A stretch of 63,916 nucleotides of DNA, filler included, from Saprolegnia diclina VS20 (taxonomy: Eukaryota): the NCBI RefSeq assembly GCF_000281045.1. It is 10 parts of 2 records of this genome, joined end to end, with 100 filler letters (N's around TTAATTAATTAA, not from the genome) between each part and the next. Parts side by side here need not be neighbours in the genome. Positions count along the whole stretch, not along the records: positions 1 to 7,900 come from NW_008246155.1; positions 8,001 to 15,272 come from NW_008246155.1; 8 more parts are not named here. One strand, written 5' to 3'. A model generated the notes under the pieces. It was not told where the DNA came from, did not search any database, and was given only the letters and a program-made list of their open reading frames with translations. This document shows, piece by piece, positions 1-11,038 of this stretch (positions are counted from its first letter, which is position 1; each line of letters starts with the position of its first letter). Made by a program: the position numbers and the translations under genes.

Positions 1-744
1 CCAGACAAATCTCTGGACGATACGATTGACATGGTTCTCTTTTCGATGCCATTTTGGCCTTGTCCGGCAGTCAGAAGGATAGGATCTGAGCCTGGCAACC
101 AAACCACACCGTATCCTGATGGTATAACAGGTCCCTTGCGGGGTGAGCTGGTAAGAGCTTTTGTACTAGTATTGAATGCGAAGCTTTGATTGCCGCTTGC
201 TGCAGTCTTCGCGCGCTTCTGAAATCGCACCTAATCGGAACGTTGCGTAAATTCCGGCCAAGTACGGCGGCGCACCTTAGCGCAATTGTTTAACTTTAAT
301 CAACTATAATGTCAGGACGATGGACAGCACTTAACAGGGACTACAAAATCGTACTTCACCGGACACGTTTCGCGCGATGCGATTGGCTTAGACCAAATAA
401 AATGAAACTGCGTTTTATTGGCCAAAATGGCTCGATATATCGCCAATGGGCCGGATTAATCCTCTGGGATGCTGGTACCAGGTAAACGTTCCGACCAGGA
501 TTATAGCGATAGACGTGGAGGAATGTTGCTCGTAAGCAAGCATTCTTTCATTAGCTATAGACCCAGATAGCTGACCCAGATAGACCCAATGCTAGAGACC
601 GTTGTCGTCCTGAAGTCGCGCACTAGCGGCATGGATCCAGTGACGTGGCAGCCGGTGGGGGCTTGGTGACGCCAGCTGACGAATTTGTTCCATGATGGAA
701 CAGACATTTGGGTCCGTTGCAACTGGCCACAAAGATATCGACGC

Positions 745-3033
745 ATGACTGGGCAACGCAAGGTCCACCGACGCACCAAGGCCAAGGGCCAGCGCAGCTG
801 CGCTTCGACGGGCAAGGAGCCCTTCGAGGTGGCCATCCAGGGTCTCCTGATCTGGGCCGTATCCAGCCGCAAGTCGCCGACGCCATTCAACGACGCTGTC
901 GCCAAGCTCACGGCGGCTGCGCGCGTGCATCCCGCGCCCTTCACCGTGTGCGGCGTTCGGCTCACGGTACCCAAGCTGTCGTATGCGCACCTCCGATTGG
1001 GCGACGAGGTCATCGCGCGGGCGCTGGTCCAGTCGGGTGTCTACGACGTGGTCCTCGCCGAACACGACCGGATGACCAATCATTTCTGCCGCAACGCTGG
1101 GTTCGAACCGACGATCAAGCGCTTCCACGAGCTGCCGGGCGCGCCGTTGCCGGACGTGATCGCCAACCGCGTCCGCGACCTCTCGGTGGAGACGTTCCTC
1201 TTCGACAAGGGCGACCCCCGGCAAGCCGACTTTTGCGGCCTGCAGTTTTCGCTCGTGTTTTGGCCCAAGACCGCTCGCGTTCTGCTCTTCGACCTCATGA
1301 CCGGGGTCGAGATTCTTTTCGACGCCGTGCAGCGTCGGTCGGTCGACACTCGCCTCGGGCTGCCATCAACGATGGCGCTCGTCGACGCTCTCTTGCCTCG
1401 GTTTGGCGACGCCCGCGAGTCGGAGCGCGCCACGTTATACGCCCACAGCCTCGCTCTCTTTTGCGACGCGCTCATTACGCTCAAGCAACTCGACCCTGTC
1501 ACGCGCTTTCTGAGCCGCTTCCTCCGTGGCACCTCCGACGACACGACCTTCTCCAACATCGCCTCGTTCGTTTCGATTCTCATCCGCGACTTTGGCTGGG
1601 AACCGCTCGCCAAATCCCTGCATACGATGCTCCGCCGCTGGGCGACCACGCTGTCCGGACTTCGCCTGTGCTACCGCCTCGTCGCGAGCTTGGCCGGCGC
1701 CGCCGAGTCGCCAATCTGCGACCCGATTTCGCAGCCGTTTGCGATCGAGCTCATTGTGTCGCTCTGGTCGACGATCGCTATTTTGGCCCAGCGGCTACTC
1801 TGCCCGAGCCGCCACGTGGGCACGAGTGACGCGGTGGCAGCCTCGCGCGCGGTGTTTCAGTTTAGCTCGTTTTTAGAGCTCCACGTAGCCCGACCAGAGC
1901 ACATGCGCCAGCGCTGGCTTCACAACCGCCTTCCGGACCGCGTCGTCGCCACGGTCGCGTCCTTCTTGGGGCCGGTGCCGACGCTGTCGATGCTCGAGCA
2001 GATGCGCCTCTTTGAGCCCGTGATTGACATGGCGTCGGGAGTTGCAGCAGCAATTCGATTGGGTTTGGACTGCGATGCGAACAAGGGCTACATCCACACG
2101 ATCCTCGACACGTATTTGGCGGGCGACTACGACGACTACCCGGCGTTCGATATGCAGCTCGTGTCGTCGCTGCTGGTGGTCGCCGCCGCTGGCCACCGCT
2201 TCGATACCGTGTTGGACCATCTGAAACGCCGTCGGCGACTAGCGTTGGCACCGTCGATTTTGGCTTTTGCAAAGCTCTGGCCTGCGTTGGCGTCCGGTGA
2301 CGTAGGCACCCAGTGTTCGCTCGTGCTGTTGCGCGCCGCCGGTGACGTCAATGACAATGTGAACTCTCAAGGACGCCAGACGCCTGTGCTCAACACGATC
2401 TCGGCGCTGACGTATTTTGCAAAATTTGACCGCGCGCTCTTGAGCCGCTTTACCGACAGCTGGCTCGGCGCGTTGACGTTGCAGCAGCTGCAGACGACGC
2501 TTGGCGACGTGGTCATTGAGCTCCATATGCAGGTGCCATCGGAGTCGCGCTTGCTCCATCGCCTCGCACAAAAGCACGTCGACGCGGTGGGCCGACCTCT
2601 GGAGCTCACCGACTACGCGCTGCGCAACTTGCACGCGCCAAACTGCTGCGACCGCTGTGTCGAGTTCAAAGCCTTTTTGCTGGCGCCTTTGCGCATCACG
2701 TTTGCACTTGGCGACAACAGTACGTGCACGACGTTGCTTAGCATTATCGACGCCAACCCGCTGCAGCTGCGGCTTCAAAACACATCTTCGCCACGCCACG
2801 ACGACAACTTCCGGCTTGAGCACTCGGTCCTACAACGCTCGGGTCATGTGGCTTTTGTGAGCAAGGTGCGGCAGCCTGGCCAAGTCACGCCCGATGTCCT
2901 CCGCGCGCACTTGGCCTTCGCGCGGGAAAACGCCGAGCAGAAGCAAAAGACGGACCGTGTGGCGCATATTCGGGACGCAATGGCGGCGGGCATGGCGGCG
3001 GACGCAGCGTCGCTTTGGACGGCGCACAACTAG
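745..3033 (+). CDS. Large hypothetical protein (~762 aa) resembling the expanded oomycete/fungal 2OG-Fe(II)-oxygenase-associated family; catalytic residues not evident
   Basis: Long single ORF with coding-like codon usage and first in-frame ATG at 745. Contains an 'LVFWPK' motif and a C-terminal 'CCDRCVEFKAFLLAP' Cys motif, as recalled for that family. The family call is from memory of motifs. Confidence 0.5.
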   Translation: MTGQRKVHRRTKAKGQRSCASTGKEPFEVAIQGLLIWAVSSRKSPTPFNDAVAKLTAAARVHPAPFTVCGVRLTVPKLSYAHLRLGDEVIARALVQSGVYDVVLAEHDRMTNHFCRNAGFEPTIKRFHELPGAPLPDVIANRVRDLSVETFLFDKGDPRQADFCGLQFSLVFWPKTARVLLFDLMTGVEILFDAVQRRSVDTRLGLPSTMALVDALLPRFGDARESERATLYAHSLALFCDALITLKQLDPVTRFLSRFLRGTSDDTTFSNIASFVSILIRDFGWEPLAKSLHTMLRRWATTLSGLRLCYRLVASLAGAAESPICDPISQPFAIELIVSLWSTIAILAQRLLCPSRHVGTSDAVAASRAVFQFSSFLELHVARPEHMRQRWLHNRLPDRVVATVASFLGPVPTLSMLEQMRLFEPVIDMASGVAAAIRLGLDCDANKGYIHTILDTYLAGDYDDYPAFDMQLVSSLLVVAAAGHRFDTVLDHLKRRRRLALAPSILAFAKLWPALASGDVGTQCSLVLLRAAGDVNDNVNSQGRQTPVLNTISALTYFAKFDRALLSRFTDSWLGALTLQQLQTTLGDVVIELHMQVPSESRLLHRLAQKHVDAVGRPLELTDYALRNLHAPNCCDRCVEFKAFLLAPLRITFALGDNSTCTTLLSIIDANPLQLRLQNTSSPRHDDNFRLEHSVLQRSGHVAFVSKVRQPGQVTPDVLRAHLAFARENAEQKQKTDRVAHIRDAMAAGMAADAASLWTAHN

Positions 3034-4762
3034 TCGACTTGATGTCTTCATGCACCATTGGTCTTGTATGTGGAATGATAACTCGATATCGAAACGTTTG
3101 ACTCCAAAGATCAGGTGCCAAGAGGGTCACAACATAATAGACGAGACGAAAATGCAAAAAAGGTCGTGGAGCTATCGACAAGTGGACGCGAGTTGCGGAA
3201 GGTCGCTGGGTCTCGTCGGAGCCGTTGGCGTAGGAGATATCACAGGTCGAGCATAGCCTCATGCAGCTTGAGGCGGTCGTAGGATGTACCCTAACCCTAC
3301 GCCGCTCAAGAGTCGCGATCGACGCTGTATTNNNNNNNNNNNNNNNNNNNNNNNNNNNNNNNNNNNNNNNNNNNNNNNNNNNNNNNNNNNNNNNNNNNNN
3401 NNNNNNNNNNNNNNNNNNNNNNNNNNNNNNNTCGGGACTGTTCCAGCGGTCCGCCAAGCCTAGTCCAAGCACGGTCAAGCCAGCCAACAAACCAAAGGAG
3501 CCACTCAAGCGACCCCGCGGTGCGTACTGGGAAAACAACGGCCAGCGGACCGAGGACATCGTGGTGCGGACGCCTCACCCGTCGGACTCGTCACTTGCCG
3601 GCCCACAGTCGCAATCCTGGCGTGGCGGTCAGCATGCGCGCCACCAGGGACCTTGGGGTGTCGAGATGGACCAAGCAGATGACGCGGGGACGGACTCGAT
3701 TCTCGCCCACGCGCGTCGTCTCGCCAGTCTCGGCGAGGCCGGCTCGGCCAAGCGCCCGCGAACGGAGTTCAACCCGAATGCGATCGAGGTGGGGCTCCAC
3801 TGTCTGATCACGAGCGAGCAATATGCGCACGCTCACCCTGCGCAGTTTATGCACCGGGTACGCAAGAACAAGAACCTTGTCTTCTTCAAATACCCGGCGG
3901 TATTGCGAGCCCTCTTCAGTTTTGAATTTGGCCCGGGACGCCTCTCGCTACTGCATTTCCAACCGCGCGACTACGACGAGATTGCGGCATGGGGCGCGGC
4001 CAATGGGAGCATCATGCAAGACTACTCGTTGACCGCGACCCTACCCTCCGCAGTCGCGGAAGGCCCCGTCGGCGCTGCGCTGGCCGCCTCGTTTGAGATG
4101 CTTCTCATCTACGCGGCTCAGTATTGTCGGCCCTTCGTCGTCGCGTTTTTTGGAACAAGGGTGGTCGACGCTACGCGTTCTTTCGGCTAAAAAGCTTCTC
4201 GTCGCGGCCTACGCTGCGGACGTTGTGCAGAGGATCGACTCGGTGTTTGAGCAACTTCACTCGGACATCTCCAACGATTTGTACGGGGATAATGCGACGG
4301 CTTTACATCTACGGACGCGGCATCTTTTCGACGTCGATTCGCGCGAGCTCCATAGCCGGCTCTCGGCCGCGTACCAGCGACAAATGGCGATAGTCATGGC
4401 GGCGCACCCTCTACTCAGCGAACGCACCACGGCCACGGCAGCGGACGTCGCGGACATCAAGAAGTCGCTTGGTGGGTTCCGTCCCAAGTTCCAGCACCTG
4501 GATACGTCGATCTGACGGCGCCCGGGTGGGCAGGGAAACCCACCTGGTGAGACCATCCCACGAGCAACTACACCGCATCCAATCCCTCCGCAACCGCCTC
4601 CGGCTGCGCCACGCCTCGGCAACGTCGGGTCGCAACGCTGTGCAGCCAAGGCACAGTCCACGGCCATTGCACGCAAGTGCAAACCCTCGGATAAGCAACG
4701 GCGCGTCACGCCCCCGGGACGACCAAGACGGATGGTACGCGCAAGACAACACGCCTATTTAC

Positions 4763-5000
4763 GCACCGGAACGCTGGGTTTACCGCACCGGAACGCACAG
4801 GCGTCGTCCCACGCACCGTCGACGAACGAGACCGTCGACTTGAGCCGCGTCGAGACGGCGAGCACCGGAACGCTGGTTCTTCCGCACCGGAACGCTCAAC
4901 CGTCACGCAACGCGCGCTCTGCCAGGGCACCACTGGCGACCGCTGGGGGTCGCGACACGTCTGTAAGCACCGGAACGCTGGGTTTACCGCACCGGAACGC
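4763..5000 (+). repeat. Three ~34-bp direct repeats, each built of two GCACCGGAACGC 12-mers
   Basis: Units start at 4763, 4862 and 4967 (periods 99 and 105 nt). Confidence 0.9.
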
Positions 5001-5329
5001 TTCAAGACCGCCGCAGGGAGCGCTTTGCATGAACAGCAACTTCGCTCCCGTGTCGCATCCATGGCGACACGCACCCTGCTTATGTCGCGATCCTCGAGTA
5101 CGCCCCGTGCTGTCGACTTGGCCTTTGCGGCGCAGATCCAGAGTTTCCTGCGCAACAGACTTGAGCTCCACGCCAAGATTACACACGCACGGCTCAACAT
5201 TGCGCTCAAGGAAGCAGGTTTGCAACCGCTCCCAGAAGAGACATCCTCATCGAGCCCGTCACAATGCCCGAGCCAGAAGCGGCCCCAGCTCGCGCAACAG
5301 CTGCGGTGACCGCGCTACGGTTCGGCATG

Positions 5330-6070
5330 ATGGCGGTACTTGGACCGACAAGCATCAACGAGAGAAAGTCAAGGCGTGGACGCCCAACCTCCACGCTTTG
5401 GGACTCGTTTGGCACTTGAACGAAGCGACGGTGTCGATGCCAGCAGAATAGATTCAACGCGCGACACAACGCGTCGACGCCTTGCGCCTCCGAGGCAGAG
5501 CCACCAGAACAGCTCTGCTCCAGGTGCTGGGGTCGCTACGGCACGCGTGTTTCATGCGCACCGGCAGCCAGAGCGTCCTACCAACGGCTTCACAGCGCGG
5601 CAGTCATGGCAACGCCGTTCAAAACGTTCAAGCTTCCCGATCTGGCCAGACTTGACCTCGAACTTTTCCAGGCCATTCTGGCGCAAGCCGACTTGGGCCA
5701 CGTGCCCGCAGCCAGCGAGATGATCCGAGCGGTCAGTGAGAAATCGTCTGGCACGGACGGGCCTGCGTTCTTCTCGATCAACGTCCGCGAGCATCTTAGC
5801 TTGTGTCTCGCGGCGAGCATCTGGGCCCGGGCGTGGTCAACTCTCGACAAGGGCACTCTCCACGTCCACGCGTGGATAGACAACTCGTCCAGTGTGTCAC
5901 GGGCAAACAAGCTCGCAGCGTCCAACGTCTACGCGCAAGAGCTCAACCGCCATCTAGCGCTCGCCCAAGCCGTCAATCGTCTATACGTCACGGCGGGCCA
6001 CATGGCCGGAGTACGGAACGAGATGGCCGATTGCGGGTCACGCAGTCTCGCCGAGCCGTTCAAATCGTGA
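5330..6070 (+). pseudogene. RT C-terminal/RNase H remnant of the YR retrotransposon
   Basis: DIRS RNase H motifs E, DN and 'HxxGxxNxxADxxSR'. Frameshifts and a TAG at 5449. No YxDD RT core visible. Confidence 0.75.
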
Positions 6071-6082
6071 TGGCTCGCACGG

Positions 6083-7152
6083 GTGGGAAGCGTGCCCAAT
6101 ACCAGCCGACATTCGGTACATGTACAAGCCGACGTCCGACGCTTTCAAGACGCCGCTCTGGCCACGAGCACACACGAACGCTACAACGCCGCGTGGGAAC
6201 AGTGGCGCACGTGGCGCGAGCATCGCCGACAGTCTCCGTGGCTCTCCAAGGAAGAACGCGAGCAGACCGACGAACTCGTCCAGTACGTTCTGCACCTCCG
6301 CGACGGCGGCAACTCCGCTGCCACCTTCCGATCCAAACTATACGGCATCGCTTGGCGTCATCAGCGACACGGCTGGTACACCGTGGCGCTGGCACCCGAC
6401 CACCGGCTCGTCCTCCGAGGGATGGAACGAGACGACGGAGCCACCCGATGAATGGAGCCCGTCACAGCGGCAATGCTCTGGCATTTGCGTGCCGGACTCG
6501 ATTTCGACGACCCCCAGCAGCGCTCACTCTGGGGGGCTACGCTCCTGGGCTTCTTCTTTCTCTTGCGGAAGTCCGAGTACCTCCACGAAGGGCCCAAACC
6601 CGCGAAGCACGGTCTCTGCGTAAGAGATATCCGCTTCACGACGGCCTTCGAGGAGGTGGCGACGTCCGAAGATCAAGTGCACGAGGTCCACATCAAGCTG
6701 TCGAGCTCGAAGACGGACCAACGGCGCGGCGGTGTGACCTTGCGACTATCCCGGCCTGGTAGCTCTTGGCTCTGCCCCATCCCAGCTATCTGGGAGCTGC
6801 GGCGCATCGCGGTCGCAGCCGGGGTCAAGGCCAACGAGCCGCTATGCACCACGATCGCACCGGACGAAGCAGAGCCGCGATCAACGAGAGCCAAGTCAAG
6901 GCACTCCTACGCGACACGGCGAGAAGAATGGACAAGGACCCATAAGCTTACTCCACCCACTCGTTGCGGAGTGGGGGAACCACCGCACTCTTCAAGGGCG
7001 GCGCGACGGATCTGCCCATCCAGAAGTATGGCCGATGGCGCAGCGATGCGTACAAGTCGTACGCACACACCGACGACGTCGAAATCGCTCAGCTGGCCAG
7101 CCGCACTGCCTTTGGGGGAACCGCCTCACCTCACCCGAGGTCCTGGCAGTAA
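6083..7152 (+). pseudogene. Tyrosine recombinase (phage-integrase family), disrupted
   Basis: N-terminal SAM-like domain 'ALATSTHERYNAAW'; catalytic motifs 'FFFLLRKSEY' (R), 'SSKTDQ' (K), 'LCPI' and 'YSTHSLRSGGTT...GRWRSDAYKSY' (HxxR, W, Y). In-frame stops at 6449 and 6943 and a frameshift near 6860-6880. Confidence 0.9.
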
Positions 7153-7577
7153 TGAAGGCATTACGCCCATTGCCCCCTGAGCAAGCTCGCCATTGTGAAA
7201 AAACAGAAAACCTGTAGGAAATAATATCTCAATAGACTCATTCCAACAACAAAAACAGGAGAAACGAACTGCGATAGAGCCCGAGTATATCATGGTCAGC
7301 GGATTCACTTCGTAGTGTTTACAGAACTCGATACCCGACTCTACATGTATAGACAAAGTGGTGCAAGATGCCAAAGACCTTTTCAAAAGAAGGGTCTTGC
7401 GTCGAAAACCCATCCAAACGTCAGAAATACTACTTCAACTGTGCGACGTAGTGGTTCTTGGTGCACAAGACACCGGTGCAATATAGAAGGGTTTAAGAAA
7501 AAGAAAAGATATGAAATGCCATTTGTTGAGAAGTTAAAAAGCAAAACGAAAACGAGAAATGCCATGCCAGGAATCTT

Positions 7578-7899
7578 TCAGTGGCGGAGGTTGTAGCGGT
7601 GGTTGCGGCGTCGGACATTCGGTGCGGCAGCAGCTTGCACGGCAGCTTGTGCAGCTGCTTGGACAGCAGCAGCTTGTGCGGCGAGACCGTTGACGGGGGT
7701 TGCTTCTTCGTATCCAGTCCGAATCGCTGCGGCGATCGTCGTTGCCAAATGCACGGGGTAGTCGGGGAGCAAGCCTTGCATGATATGGCCGTGTCCATCT
7801 GAGGTGCGGTACAGATCGTCACCGAGCAGCGTAATGAAAGGTCCATGGTTCCACGGCTGGCCCAAGTTGAAAAGCGGCAGCTCGGCAGCCATCGCAGCG
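7578..7899 (-). CDS. Uma2-like PD-(D/E)xK nuclease-fold protein, copy 1 (3' part only, cut by contig end)
   Basis: Near-identical reverse complement of 8643-8962 with the same C-terminus 'NVRRRNHRYNLRH'; 3' flank also duplicated (~7250-7577 vs 8963-9305). Confidence 0.75.
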
Positions 7900-7900
7900 A

Positions 7901-8000
7901 NNNNNNNNNNNNNNNNNNNNNNNNNNNNNNNNNNNNNNNNNNNNTTAATTAATTAANNNNNNNNNNNNNNNNNNNNNNNNNNNNNNNNNNNNNNNNNNNN
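7901..8000. other. Artificial contig-join spacer (N44-TTAATTAATTAA-N44); also at ~15273, 22073, 23922, 25911, 29613, 31008, 43739 and 62794
   Basis: Identical 100-nt cassette with stops in all six frames, repeated nine times. Confidence 0.97.
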
Positions 8001-8001
8001 A

Positions 8002-8962
8002 CGGCGAAGACGGTGACCTCCTCATCGCCGAAGACGTGCTCCTCCGTCGCTGGCTGGACGGTCGTTTGTCCGGCCTCGCCGTCTTCCGAGCGACGTACGA
8101 GGGCGACGTCATTACCCAGACGACCCGCGGCGACATTTTCATCACCGAGGTGCCTGGCGAAGTGCACCAGGAGGTCATTATCTGTCTGAACGACGCTGTG
8201 CGCGCCGTCTTGGCAGGTACGCCGTTAAAGTCCACCACAGACGTGGATTACTACCATGCCGGCCACGCCCGCAGACCCGACCTCGCGATTAGACCGAGAC
8301 GCGCGATCCGCGGCGACCCCTGGAGCCATTTGCCCCGCTGCATGATCGAGGTCGCCGTCACGCACAACACGTCGTTCAACAAGTACGACCTGCACACACG
8401 CGCGCTCTTCGCTGAGTTTCCCGTGCTCCAGACGGTCCTTGTTCTCGTCCTCTACCCGCTGCGGAACGCGGCGACGCTTGACCCCAACATGAACCCCATC
8501 TTGGCGCAGATGCCCGCGCTCGCTGTGCTCTACCGTCGTCTCGGCAAAAACATTGCGATCACGGACGCCATGAGCTGCGGCAACTACGCTCTACACGGGA
8601 ACGTGTACCTCCCAGGGCACGTGCATGTACGCGACGAGGTCGATGCGATGGCTGCCGAGCTGCCGCACGTCGTCGAGCTCCAGCCGTGGAACCATGGACC
8701 TTTCATTACGCTGCTCGGTGACGATCTGTACCGCACCTCAGATGGACACGGCCATATCATGCAAGGCTTGCTCCCCGACTACCCCGTGCATTTGGCAACG
8801 ACGATCGCCGCAGCGATTCGGACTGGATACGAAGAAGCAACCCCCGCGAACGGTCTCGCCGCACAAACTGCTGCTGTTCAAGCAGCCGCACAAGCTGCCG
8901 TGCAAGCTGCTGCCGCACCGAATGTCCGACGCCGCAACCACCGCTACAACCTCCGCCACTGA
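8002..8962 (+). CDS. Uma2-like PD-(D/E)xK nuclease-fold protein, copy 2 (5' end in gap)
   Basis: Motifs 'EVPGEVHQEV', 'RRPDLAI' and 'LPRCMIEVAVT' match the Uma2/DUF820 pattern P..H, PD, P...IEV. Confidence 0.75.
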
Positions 8963-11038
8963 AAGATTCCTGGCATGGCATTTCTAGTTTTCGTTTTGCT
9001 TTTTAACTTCTCAACAAATGGCATTTCATATCATTTCTTTCTCATAAATACTTGTACATATTGTCTTGGGCACCAAGAACCACTGCGTCGCGCAGCAGCG
9101 GCCATCAGTGCGCGTCACGGCAGCAATGTGGATTTCGGACGTTTGGATGGGTTTTCGACCATAATTCTCCTGAACAAGTGCTTTGGCATCTTGCACCACT
9201 TTGTTTATACATGTATAGTCGAGTATCAAGCCCTAAGAGCTCTACGACGCGAATCCGCTGACCATGATATACTCGGGCTCTATCGCAGTTCGTTTCTCCT
9301 GTTGTGTATGTGCGCCACATTGCTCGAGGACGCGGTAGTAAGTTTGTAGAAGTGCTCTCCTCTCTTGGCTGTCGCGTCGGCCGTCCCGCTTCAGCTATGC
9401 ACGGTGGACGGCATGTTCCTCTCCGAGTAAACACTTTGTTGTGGACCGTCAAAAATTGTATATTATCCCGGATTTTGTAACGGCAAAGTGCACTTTCGCA
9501 TGGCTCCTTCGCTCAGGGGGATAAAGGGCGCGAGGCCTGCATAACCGCTGCGTCTCGGGTNNNNNNNNNNNNNNNNNNNNNNNNNNNNNNNNNNNNNNNN
9601 NNNNNNNNNNNNNNNNNNNNNNNNNNNNNNNNNNNNNNNNNNNNNNNNNNNNNNNNNNNNNNNNNNNNNNNNNNNNNNNNNNNNNNNNNNNNNNNNNNNN
9701 NNNNNNNNNNNNNNNNNNNNNNNNNNNNNNNNNNNNNNNNNNNNNNNNNNNNNNNNNNNNNNNNNNNNNNNNNNNNNNNNNNNNNNNNNNNNNNNNNNNN
9801 NNNNNNNNNNNNNNNNNNNNNNNNNNNNNNNNNNNNNNNNNNNNNNNNNNNNNNNNNNNNNNNNNNNNNNNNNNNNNNNNNNNNNNNNNNNNNNNNNNNN
9901 NNNNNNNNNNNNNNNNNNNNNNNNNNNNNNNNNNNNNNNNNNNNNNNNNNNNNNNNNNNNNNNNNNNNNNNNNNNNNNNNNNNNNNNNNNNNNNNNNNNN
10001 NNNNNNNNNNNNNNNNNNNNNNNNNNNNNNNNNNNNNNNNNNNNNNNNNNNNNNNNNNNNNNNNNNNNNNNNNNNNNNNNNNNNNNNNNNNNNNNNNNNN
10101 NNNNNNNNNNNNNNNNNNNNNNNNNNNNNNNNNNNNNNNNNNNNNNNNNNNNNNNNNNNNNNNNNNNNNNNNNNNNNNNNNNNNNNNNNNNNNNNNNNNN
10201 NNNNNNNNNNNNNNNNNNNNNNNNNNNNNNNNNNNNNNNNNNNNNNNNNNNNNNNNNNNNNNNNNNNNNNNNNNNNNNNNNNNNNNNNNNNNNNNNNNNN
10301 NNNNNNNNNNNNNNNNNNNNNNNNNNNNNNNNNNNNNNNNNNNNNNNNNNNNNNNNNNNNNNNNNNNNNNNNNNNNNNNNNNNNNNNNNNNNNNNNNNNN
10401 GAGCATGGTCGAGAAGACGACGTGGGACGCGACGGACTCGGGACGGGGCGCAATGCGAAATGACCACCAGCGCTTGCTCGCAACTCTGTTGTCTGGCTTC
10501 TACAGTATGCGATACAAACCCACAGCTCTTTTCATATCGAACGAAAGTTCGCTGCTTCAAGCGCGTGTCGACGGTCGCACTGTGATGCGGTGTCCACAGG
10601 CGGCGCGGACGAGAGTATCGCATATCATTCAAACGCCAAGTCGACGCATTCTCTGGTTTGAATCAGGGGTAGGGTCGCAATGCCGCGAGCGATAGGAGCA
10701 AGCATCCGTGCGAATGGTGCGCTTGTGTTATTGGCCCAATTGCATTCGGCGCTTCCATTCGACAACATCTGCCAAAAACAAACGCTATGCATTGCCATTT
10801 GCTAGCTTCACAAGTGGCACGTCCAGGCAAGGAAGTTGAGTTTTGCCGTCCGGATAGACGCGTAGAGTCGACAGTAGGCTAGAAAGTCCTTTTTGCTTTT
10901 AGTTTTGTCGCTTCTAAACCGCCACGCCACTTCCAATGGCTAGCGGTTAATGGAATCGTCTATTGCTCCACTCGAGCGTCGTTCAAAGGAGAAACGAAAA
11001 CAAGAAATGCCACGATGACGCTTGGAAGAGAGTCTTCT

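Larger units (their letters stand above)
3432..7198 (+). mobile_element. Degenerate tyrosine-recombinase retrotransposon (DIRS/Ngaro type): gag-like region, partial RT/RNase H, YR
   Basis: Order is gag-like ORFs (3432-4515), post-YxDD RT remnant ('LGPTSINE..W...LHALGLVW', ~5330-5560), DIRS-type RNase H ('SINVREHLSL..WA...HAWIDNSSSV...HMAGVRNEMADCGSR'), then YR. Left end is lost in the N gap; right end is approximate. Confidence 0.85.

Noticed and set aside
4763..5000. CRISPR array
   Set aside because: Only three units, long in-frame spacers, inside a retroelement, eukaryotic context and no cas genes.
6449..6945. RIP- or methylation-driven C->T stops or programmed readthrough in YR
   Set aside because: Only two such stops plus frameshifts; consistent with ordinary decay.
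7945..7956. Recurrent TTAATTAATTAA palindrome as a biological repeat
   Set aside because: Always centred in an identical N cassette; assembly linker.
9449..10632. ORFs spanning N runs
   Set aside because: Length is due to ambiguous bases.
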